Source: Bdellovibrionota bacterium FG-1 (GTDB lineage Bacteria; Bdellovibrionota; UBA1018). Taken from it: DNA of 17,364 bases. The position numbers and the translations under genes were made by a program. Each line of letters opens with the position of its first letter. Within the stretch, counting starts at the first letter, position 1. The notes under the pieces are model-generated. The model was not told where the DNA came from. It saw nothing but the letters and a program-made list of their open reading frames with translations, and searched no databases. Location: contig JBBCAW010000120.1 of assembly GCA_051382295.1 (NCBI GenBank), positions 1 to 17,364 on the forward strand, written 5' to 3'. Shown here one piece after another: positions 1-6,551 of the stretch.

Positions 1-336
1 CGGCGGTGGCAGCAGTGTGGGCGGCGCTGCTTTGTGATCGTTTTTTGACTCCCGGAGGTCGATCAACGATCGCTCACGATTACGAGCGGTCTTATTGGTT
101 CTGCCTTTGACGGTCCGGTAATGAATACGCCCGCGCTTGTTGGTCTTTTCACGTTCGCATTCTTTGCGGCACCCGAATGCGCAGCCGATATCCGGCCGCT
201 TCTCGTTACTACGGCTGGTAATAATTCTGATCCCACACCGGCTACAGCACTTACTGAGTCGTCGTAGCTCAGGGTGATCGTTGCAAATCTTTCGCAGCCA
301 GCGGTAGTACCCTAGCGTCAGCCAACGCGTCACCAC
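1..336 (-). CDS. Partial Cys-rich basic protein carried inside the IS21-type element (runs off the window edge)
   Basis: Manual translation from GTG 336 is open to position 1: VVTRWLTLGYYRWLRKICNDHPELRRLSKCCSRCGIRIITSRSNEKRPDIGCAFGCRKECEREKTNKRGRIHYRTVKGRTNK... It has CxxC and CxxxC motifs followed by a basic helix. Not in the ORF track because its stop lies outside the window. Start codon uncertain. Confidence 0.6.
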   Translation of the reverse strand, partial: MVTRWLTLGYYRWLRKICNDHPELRRLSKCCSRCGIRIITSRSNEKRPDIGCAFGCRKECEREKTNKRGRIHYRTVKGRTNKTARNRERSLIDLRESKNDHKAAPPTLLPPP

Positions 337-488
337 CGTGCTTCGATACCAGCCAGGTCTATCCGAAAAAAAGATTCCGAGTGCCGCTACAAAAAAGGAA
401 GGTTACAATCGAATCTGTATAGTTTCATCTACCCATTGTGAGCAGTCATGGTGACTGTTTGCAGTGGGTATTTTTTTCCTAACCCCCT

Positions 489-530
489 GGTACATTTTAA
501 GTGAGCAGAAGGGGTACATTTTAGCTGAGC
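489..530. repeat. Tandem 18-bp direct repeats of the IS21-type terminus
   Basis: GGTACATTTTAAGTGAGC (489-506) and GGTACATTTTAGCTGAGC (513-530), 16/18 identical. Confidence 0.85.
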
Positions 531-537
531 CGCAACG

Positions 538-935
538 AAGCAGAGCTCGATCGTAGTTGAGTCGAGCGCAAAGACGTCACTCTTAAACCGAAATCCATTT
601 TTTTTGGGAGCGAATCGCGCGGCTTCGATCAGACAGAACTGGAAAGCCTCTTCCAATACCGCGAGTGAGCGGACCTGATTGGCGTCAGCCAATGTGCTCT
701 TGCGGACCGGCCCGAAACCCATTGCTCGCATTTTTGAATCGCTGTGAGCAAATACACGCTCAATGGCGCGGATCGAGTCGTGTCCGGTGAGTTGGCCAAA
801 GAGCATGGCGCCAAACCACGTCCATGAATCCAATATTCTTACCCGCTTGTCGGCATCGTGTTTGGCGACCCAAGATTGAAATTCAGAACGCGGAATGAGC
901 TTGATTACTTGACTAAAAACTGTAGATTGCGACAT
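538..935 (-). pseudogene. IS4-family transposase (DUF4372 N-terminal domain), truncated after about 132 codons
   Basis: MSQSTVFSQVIKLIPRSEF...MLFGQLTGHDSIRAIE...VRKSTLADAN...ALDSTTIELC matches DUF4372 plus the first DDE aspartate. The rest of ORF 429..935 (FVAAQLKCTPSAHLKCT...) is read-through into the IS21 repeats. Confidence 0.85.
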
Positions 936-936
936 G

Positions 937-1007
937 GCTTGAAATCCTTTGGGAAAGAAAACGTGTCTAGATAACCGTCTTCTAACTCAGGATTTCAGGC
1001 TTTTTTT
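937..1007. promoter_or_regulatory. Inverted repeat overlapping the transposase RBS; terminator-like on the + strand
   Basis: GCTTGAAATCCT (937-948) pairs with AGGATTTCAGGC (989-1000), with an inner AGAAAACG/CGTCTTCT pairing and T7 at 1001-1007. Confidence 0.55.
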
Positions 1008-1092
1008 ATTTTTATGCTAAGCTCCGAACCGGACGCCAGTGAATGGTCTTATATTTAAATGCTAGTTCTCTGAACGATCTCATTTTTACAAG

Positions 1093-2058
1093 GTGGCCAA
1101 AATGCTAGTAAGCAAATCCAATAGATACGTCAAAACTGCATTTAACGATGAAGCCGAAATTGAAAAGGTCGTTCGCGACTATGCCGAGTACTTATTCGGA
1201 TCAAGCATCCTATTTATTCAAAAATCAAAAATAAAAACAACCGAGGGTACTGGAACAATTCCAGATGGATTTGTTATCGATATCGAATCCGGAGAATGGT
1301 ATATCCTGGAAGCGGAACTTGCGCATCACGGCACGTGGCAACACATCGTACCGCAAGTATCTAAGCAAATGACAGCCATTGAGTCACCTGCAACTCGAAT
1401 AGCAATTCTGGCTATTGCCGTCGACCTTGTGCGAACCTCAAAAGACGCTGCCAATGTGTTCGCTGAGCTTGGGATTTCTCAAATCGACATTCACGGTGTT
1501 CTAGAGAAAATATTATCCAACCGTCCGACCATTGCAATTCCGATTGACGCAATTCCTGCAGACTTGCAGTCTTGGGCTCGGACACTCAAGTTTGTTGTTA
1601 AAATTTGGCTTATTGAGAAATTTCAAAACCAAGATGGGTCGATGACCATTTATTCGATTCCAGAGGAGAATTCTCCGACCGTGATAACCCGTACTCTCGG
1701 AGATAATCCCGCAGCAACTATCATCACGAGGTCCTCCGAGCCCTACCAAGACATTTTCGAGGCTGGGTTAATTAAGGATGGACAGAAAATTTTTCTAGAA
1801 TATGGACCCCGTGGACGTGAAAAGAAGACTTTTACAGGCCTCATAAGAAAGGGCGGGGTTGAACTAGATGGTGTTGTTATGGCACTAAGTACTGCGGCCG
1901 TAGAATGCATGCGAAGAACTGGAAGCCAGAGGCAAACTGCAAATGGGTGGGCAATGTGGAAGACCGAAAATGGCGCTCTTTTGGATTCGATATACGCTAA
2001 ACTTTACTCCAACCGAGAGAATAACGAAGAAACAAAGACTGCCCCTGTGACCGAGTAA
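1093..2058 (+). CDS. PD-(D/E)XK-like nuclease fused to a C-terminal RAMA/DUF4357-like domain
   Basis: N-terminal E...IPDGFVID...YILEAEL resembles a restriction-endonuclease-fold active site. C-terminal LSTAA...TANGWAMWK matches the SxAA...NGWxxW RAMA signature. Start is GTG 1093 or ATG 1102. Confidence 0.7.
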   Translation: MAKMLVSKSNRYVKTAFNDEAEIEKVVRDYAEYLFGSSILFIQKSKIKTTEGTGTIPDGFVIDIESGEWYILEAELAHHGTWQHIVPQVSKQMTAIESPATRIAILAIAVDLVRTSKDAANVFAELGISQIDIHGVLEKILSNRPTIAIPIDAIPADLQSWARTLKFVVKIWLIEKFQNQDGSMTIYSIPEENSPTVITRTLGDNPAATIITRSSEPYQDIFEAGLIKDGQKIFLEYGPRGREKKTFTGLIRKGGVELDGVVMALSTAAVECMRRTGSQRQTANGWAMWKTENGALLDSIYAKLYSNRENNEETKTAPVTE

Positions 2059-2073
2059 TATTAAAACTCCATT

Positions 2074-2487
2074 CTAAAACGGAAAAAACCAACACGGCTG
2101 GGGATGGTTTTTCGCCTTGAGCGCCTTTTCAAATCGCTTCGGATTTTTAAGGGCATAGCCGTAACACTCATCCTCTTCAAAATACTTGCAGTCCACAATC
2201 TCGACCGTGCCCACAATCACGCCAGTCGGAAGATCGCCTGGACTAACCTTAAGCTTCTTCCAGAATTCCTCTGGCCCTGGGCTCATGGAAGCATACAAAT
2301 AGACCACCCCACGGATTTTGGTCGGGCGACTCCGGTATTCAAAGCGCTTCGTCCCTCGCAGAATTCCTTCAACATAAGGCTGCCTAATACTGATCGCCCT
2401 CATCCTGTCATCTGCTTTTGCCTCTGGTCTTTTGGTAGGACTCTTTGAAATCGTCTCTTTCCCTGGCCTTTTTTGCGCTTTCATCAT
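2074..2487 (-). CDS. ASCH domain protein
   Basis: AISIRQPY...ILRGTKRFEYRS (GxKxxExR) and GVIVGTVEIVDC. GAGGA RBS precedes ATG 2487; alternative start ATG 2403. Confidence 0.88.
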   Translation of the reverse strand: MMKAQKRPGKETISKSPTKRPEAKADDRMRAISIRQPYVEGILRGTKRFEYRSRPTKIRGVVYLYASMSPGPEEFWKKLKVSPGDLPTGVIVGTVEIVDCKYFEEDECYGYALKNPKRFEKALKAKNHPQPCWFFPF

Positions 2488-2669
2488 GATTCCTCGTCCT
2501 TTGATCCTATCGTCAACCCTTCTCAACGTCCAGGTTCAGGCGGTTCAAATGAGACCCCAGGTTCCGCCAACTTTTTGGCGTCAACGAAGATACTTCACGC
2601 CGACACCACCCTCACGTGGCGCAAAAGAATCGCGAACGATGCGTCCTTTGCCCCCACTCCCCCCAGTGC

Positions 2670-3395
2670 CTAAAACTTCCCCAACAGTTCATCCACCAGC
2701 TGGGGCACGAGTTCCGACGCCAAGCCCACTCGTTGATCATTAAAGTGGGACGAAATCTCCGATTCTTCGCGATTAACTTCGATTTTCCAAGAGGCTTCTG
2801 GCACTGACCGAACAAACCCGGCCGCCGGGTAAACATTTCCAGAGGTTCCCATCGAAACAAGAATCGCAGCATCCAAGAGCACGTCCATGATTTCGTCCAT
2901 ACTAAACGGGACCTCGCCAAACCAAACAATGTGGGGTCTCAGTGTTCCCACTTGGTTGCAGCAGACGCATTTTGTGGTGACTTCGATCAGCTGGCGCCAC
3001 TCGTACACTTCTTCTGTTTGCTCACATCGCACCTTGAGCAATTCGCCGTGCATGTGAATCAAATTTTTGGTTCCCGCCCGCTCGTGAAGATCGTCCACAT
3101 TTTGAGTAACAAGTAGAAACCGCCCCTTCCACTCTCGCTCAAGCCGAGCCAGAGCCTGATGTGCTGCATTGGGCTCAATCTGTGGTTCTAACAGTTGTGC
3201 CCGGCGAGCATTATAAAAGCGTTGCACCAGTCCTGGGTCTTTACGATATCCCTGAATCGACGCAACATCCTCAATATTATGATTTTCCCAAAGTCCGCCG
3301 TGGTCTCGAAAGGTCTTAATTCCGGATTCGGCGGATATGCCTGCGCCCGTTAATACAACGAGAGTCGATTTTTCAAAATGAGTGGGTTTAGTCAT
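2670..3395 (-). CDS. cobB: Sir2-family NAD-dependent protein deacylase, class III (copy 1)
   Basis: LTGAGISAESGIKTFR, FYNARR (YxxR), TQNVDDLHERAG, HMHGEL, LRPHIVWFGE, GTSGNVYPAAGF. Confidence 0.93.
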   Translation of the reverse strand: MTKPTHFEKSTLVVLTGAGISAESGIKTFRDHGGLWENHNIEDVASIQGYRKDPGLVQRFYNARRAQLLEPQIEPNAAHQALARLEREWKGRFLLVTQNVDDLHERAGTKNLIHMHGELLKVRCEQTEEVYEWRQLIEVTTKCVCCNQVGTLRPHIVWFGEVPFSMDEIMDVLLDAAILVSMGTSGNVYPAAGFVRSVPEASWKIEVNREESEISSHFNDQRVGLASELVPQLVDELLGKF

Positions 3396-3497
3396 GGCTT
3401 ACCGCCCTCGCTTTCTAACCTCTGAACCCCAGTATTCCAAGACGATATTAAATGATCCTTCAGTTCCACCGCCCCCCTCCTCCTAAATCCCAAAAAA

Positions 3498-3513
3498 CAA
3501 CGAACTTTCGTCG
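3498..3513. promoter_or_regulatory. Putative enhancer (UAS) box 1
   Basis: CAACGAA-CT-TTCGTCG, a near-copy of the perfect palindrome at 3577-3592. Confidence 0.55.
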
Positions 3514-3576
3514 CCCCCCCTCCTTCCACAATCCCCATGTAAATCACCCACTTCCCTACACATTGTAGGCAAACAC

Positions 3577-3592
3577 CGACGAAACTTCGTCG
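3577..3592. promoter_or_regulatory. Putative enhancer (UAS) box 2
   Basis: Perfect palindrome CGACGAA-AC-TTCGTCG about 100 bp upstream of the sigma54 promoter. Confidence 0.6.
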
Positions 3593-3690
3593 TTTCCACC
3601 TCCCCTGAAAATATTGCATAACTGTGTAAGATCGTGCTAAACACGAAGCGTTTCGACGCTTTAGCCCACACTTAATGATACCGGCACCAC

Positions 3691-3707
3691 TTGGCATATG
3701 CGTTGCT
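3691..3707 (+). promoter_or_regulatory. Sigma54 (-24/-12) promoter of the ycaO operon
   Basis: TTGGCATATGCGTTGCT versus consensus YTGGCACGRNNNTTGCW. GG (3693-94) and GC (3705-06) are separated by exactly 10 nt, about 40 bp before the ycaO start. The operon encodes a GAFTGA activator. Confidence 0.8.
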
Positions 3708-3746
3708 TTACCGCTCGGCGCGCATGCGCGCTGAAAGGACTACCCA

Positions 3747-4808
3747 GTGAAGACCGGTTTTTCAGAGATTATTTCCGCCCATGCCAATAGCCCCCGCTTC
3801 AATGACCTCGTACTCGGCACCTCAGTCACCCTTCCCACCGGACAAATACTCGAGGCCAAGGTCGAAAACCTAGAACTCTCCATCCGTCCGCAGGGACTTC
3901 GGCTTTCGAAATTTGCGTATACGTGCGACTTTCGCGTGGGTGACCACCTCGCACGCGGGTTCGGGGAGGCCGAGCACAAACTCATCGCCGTTCAAAAATG
4001 CCTCGCCGAGGGCTTCGAACGCGCCGTCTTCCGCTCACTCAAAGGCACCGCCTACCACACTCCCAATTCCAACGGATGGGCCGCCCACCTCAACCCCACC
4101 CTCGTGCAACGCTCCGGCCTCGAAGAACTCCTAGAACGAGATGCCATCCTCGTTCATTGGCTCACCCAAACCCCCATGACCGAAGTTCAACTGGACCAGG
4201 CCCCGGCGTGGTTAAGTCAATGGATCAACCAAGAGCTTCCACAAGGTGCTGTTTACAAAACCGTGCGAATCCTGATTTCAACCACCGGATACCTCCCCTC
4301 CGTAACCACCGTTCTCTTCGACCAAAACGGCTACGCGGTGATGTCCCATGCAACCGCCTCCACCCTAGAGCGGGCCGTCTACAAAGCCCTCGTCGAAACC
4401 TGCCGAATTGCCCAGCTCGCTATCGAAGGTTACTTTTTTGATTCGGCCAAACAACTTGCCGCCCCTTCCCCCCATGGCCCAAAAACCTATCCCGAGGATC
4501 ACGCCATGGTTTACGCACACCATGAGCGTTTTCCGGCTTGGATCTTTGGCCAGTCCTATGAGTGGACGCAGGCAGCACGCGCTTGGCAACTTCGACACAA
4601 AGTATTTTCTGCTGACACGGTTCCGCATCAGTATCATGCCGTCGTCAGTGAACCGCTCAGCGTGGGTTACTGCACCAGTGAGCAAATTCAAAATCTCTAC
4701 TTCGGTCGAACCGAGGTTGCCCAGGAAAAGGGCTTAATCAACGTCCGCCGATTAGAGTCAGTGAGGCCAGGGGGATCGATCAACCTCTTGCCCCATTGTG
4801 TTGCATAA
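3747..4808 (+). CDS. YcaO-family ATP-dependent peptide backbone-modifying enzyme (stand-alone, compact)
   Basis: Motifs LAEGFER, NSNGWAAH, EELLERDA and ALVETCR; C-terminus LLPHCVA. AAGGA RBS at 3735-3739 before the GTG. Confidence 0.85.
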   Translation: MKTGFSEIISAHANSPRFNDLVLGTSVTLPTGQILEAKVENLELSIRPQGLRLSKFAYTCDFRVGDHLARGFGEAEHKLIAVQKCLAEGFERAVFRSLKGTAYHTPNSNGWAAHLNPTLVQRSGLEELLERDAILVHWLTQTPMTEVQLDQAPAWLSQWINQELPQGAVYKTVRILISTTGYLPSVTTVLFDQNGYAVMSHATASTLERAVYKALVETCRIAQLAIEGYFFDSAKQLAAPSPHGPKTYPEDHAMVYAHHERFPAWIFGQSYEWTQAARAWQLRHKVFSADTVPHQYHAVVSEPLSVGYCTSEQIQNLYFGRTEVAQEKGLINVRRLESVRPGGSINLLPHCVA

Positions 4809-4830
4809 ACCGTAATCAATAGGGGGTAGA

Positions 4831-4998
4831 ATGTCCGTTATCAAAATGCTCTTAACACCGTTACTGGTGGTCTTCGCAGTCTGCTCGGGAAGTTCACGCG
4901 AACTCACCCAATTGGCCGATCAAGCGAAGGCGCAAACCGTGCTCACCATCTTCAGTCGTCCGGGTGGTGGTGGCGGCGGTGGAACTTGCGATTTCTAA
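4831..4998 (+). CDS. 55-aa putative RiPP/signal precursor peptide
   Basis: AGGGGG RBS before ATG 4831. Sequence MSVIKMLLTPLLVVFAVCSGSSRELTQLADQAKAQTVLTIFSRPGGGGGGGTCDF*. It fills the gap between ycaO and the next ATG (5001). Too short for the ORF track. Confidence 0.8.
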   Translation: MSVIKMLLTPLLVVFAVCSGSSRELTQLADQAKAQTVLTIFSRPGGGGGGGTCDF

Positions 4999-5000
4999 CC

Positions 5001-6551
5001 ATGTTTTATCCCGCTCTTACCATTCTCGGGCTTGCTCTGGATTTGATCGCTTCAAATCCGGCGACCGCCAAAGGAATTCCTATGAAAGAAATTCGAACCT
5101 ATCTGGCATTCACCTTTCCGGTTGACCCCGTCAAGATGGATACCATCGCCGAAATGGAATTATCCTACGCGCTTGCGTCGACCTTGGTGGAGTGGGACGA
5201 AAACAAACAAGTTCGAGCAGCCATCGCTGAAAGCTGGCATGCGACCTTAGACCAGACCATCGTTTTCACGCTTCGAAAAGAAACCAAGTGGTCAGATGGG
5301 AACCCCATCACCAGTGAGCAGATTAAGCGAAGTTTTGAACGGGCCCTCAAAACCCATCCTGAAGATTTGCGAAGCCTCACCAATCTCCTCGAAGCTGCGA
5401 ATCCAATCCAAGCGCTCAGCTTGCACCAACTCGCCTTCAGACTCAAAAAATCCGCGACTCAAGGCGATTTGCTAAAAAAACTCACCGAACCTAATTTTGG
5501 AATCCTCAAGATCCGTGAAAATGGGGGGCTCGATCTATCCGTCACAAGCGGTGCGTTTTTTCTCAAGGCCGCAGGCGAAAAGGAACTCATCCTGGATAGC
5601 AATCCACACTGGCATCGACACCAAGCGGACGTCCCCGACCGTGTGATCGCCCGTCGCCCAAAGCCAGACGCCCCCGAGGGGAGCGATCAAACCGTCCTTT
5701 TATACGATCCGTGGCCGAACCTCATAGAAACCTCGTCCCTAATCAACACCGACGTTTTGCAAAAGTACAAGGCCGATGGTTTTTCGCTCTGGGAGCGCCC
5801 CATCGACAAAGTGTTTTTGCTCTTTTTAGCCCGTAAGCGCGCCAATCCTGACCACTTTTCGTTGCTTCGATTTCTTCGATCCAAGCTCAATCGCCAAACC
5901 CTGACATCGAACTTAACGGGGTTTTCCTTAGGCGATCAGATTTTTCCCATGGGCTATGCCCTTCATGATTCTCATGACTCTGATGTTTCTAAGGCTCAGT
6001 TTCCAACCGATCCCGTCGCCCTTCCCGAATACTTCAAACACCACCCCATCGAGGTCATGGCCTCTCAAGGTCGCATTACTCCCCAGCTCAAAGAAAATCT
6101 GCGCCAATCTCTATTGGCCGCCACAGGAATTGAACCCAAATTTACATGGATTCAAAAACAAGACGCGGGCAAACACAAGCGCGCCGGTGATTTCGATGTG
6201 TATGTCGCGATGATGGGTTTGGCCGATCCAGATCCCGAAGGCGTCATGTCCTACTACTTTGAGGGCGAAACGCCCGTGGTTCCGTCGTCCAAGGAGGACG
6301 ACTTTGTAGCGAGGCTCGACCACGCCCGCAAAGACTCCGATCCTCAAGAACGCATTCAGCTCATGCGCAACATTGCGACGGATGCCGTTCGCAAGGGGCA
6401 TGTGCTTCCGCTCTTTCACCTTTCGACCTTTGGGGTGGGACGGCCCGAACTGGATTTTAGCCAGGTTCCGACGTCGGAAGAATCCGTGACCTTCTCCAAA
6501 ATTCGGTTCCGTGACTCTCGGAAGGCCGCCCAGGTAACCACCACGCCATGA
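5001..6551 (+). CDS. ABC-type family 5 (OppA/DppA-like) solute-binding protein with signal peptide; no permease or ATPase nearby
   Basis: LASTLVEWD...AIAESW...FTLRKETKWSDGNPITSEQIKRSF is the SBP_bac_5 signature. Hydrophobic N-terminus ending in ATA. ATG 5001 preferred over TTG 4986, which overlaps the peptide gene. Confidence 0.88.
   Translation: MFYPALTILGLALDLIASNPATAKGIPMKEIRTYLAFTFPVDPVKMDTIAEMELSYALASTLVEWDENKQVRAAIAESWHATLDQTIVFTLRKETKWSDGNPITSEQIKRSFERALKTHPEDLRSLTNLLEAANPIQALSLHQLAFRLKKSATQGDLLKKLTEPNFGILKIRENGGLDLSVTSGAFFLKAAGEKELILDSNPHWHRHQADVPDRVIARRPKPDAPEGSDQTVLLYDPWPNLIETSSLINTDVLQKYKADGFSLWERPIDKVFLLFLARKRANPDHFSLLRFLRSKLNRQTLTSNLTGFSLGDQIFPMGYALHDSHDSDVSKAQFPTDPVALPEYFKHHPIEVMASQGRITPQLKENLRQSLLAATGIEPKFTWIQKQDAGKHKRAGDFDVYVAMMGLADPDPEGVMSYYFEGETPVVPSSKEDDFVARLDHARKDSDPQERIQLMRNIATDAVRKGHVLPLFHLSTFGVGRPELDFSQVPTSEESVTFSKIRFRDSRKAAQVTTTP

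Larger units (their letters stand above)
1..537 (-). mobile_element. End of an IS21-family-like element (continues beyond the left edge)
   Basis: Two 18-bp imperfect direct repeats 24 bp apart (489-506 and 513-530) sit next to the point where the IS4 transposase similarity stops. The minus strand reads CGTTGCGGCTCAGCTAAAATGTACCCC, the tandem transposase-binding-site architecture typical of IS21 ends. Confidence 0.7.
538..1041 (-). mobile_element. Left portion of an IS4-family insertion sequence
   Basis: The minus strand from 1041 reads CACTGGCGTCCGG, resembling the CACT-N-N-N-GTCC termini of DUF4372-type IS4 elements. It lies about 106 bp upstream of the transposase start. Confidence 0.65.

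Noticed and set aside
489..530. Direct repeats as a possible CRISPR array
   Set aside because: Only two 18-bp copies with a 6-bp spacer, and no cas genes.
429..537. C-terminal repeat AQLKCT/AHLKCT in ORF 429..935
   Set aside because: It is only the translation of the IS21-type DNA repeats, not a protein repeat.
2670..3395. Sirtuins as Thoeris/DSR-type SIR2 NADase defence effectors
   Set aside because: Both copies are full canonical CobB-type deacylases with the Cys-containing small domain and no fused defence domains.
3392..3697. ORF-track ORFs 3392..3697 and 3483..3671 (-)
   Set aside because: They cover the divergent promoter region, have no recognisable domain and no clear RBS.
4873..4884. 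Lipobox in the precursor (FAVC)
   Set aside because: Does not fit the [LVI][ASTVI][GAS]C consensus, so lipidation is unsupported though not excluded.
4984..4995. Peptide ends TCDF, matching part of Staphylococcus aureus AIP-I (YSTCDFIM)
   Set aside because: A four-residue match is expected by chance. There is no AgrB, and only two residues follow the Cys, too few for the five-residue thiolactone ring.
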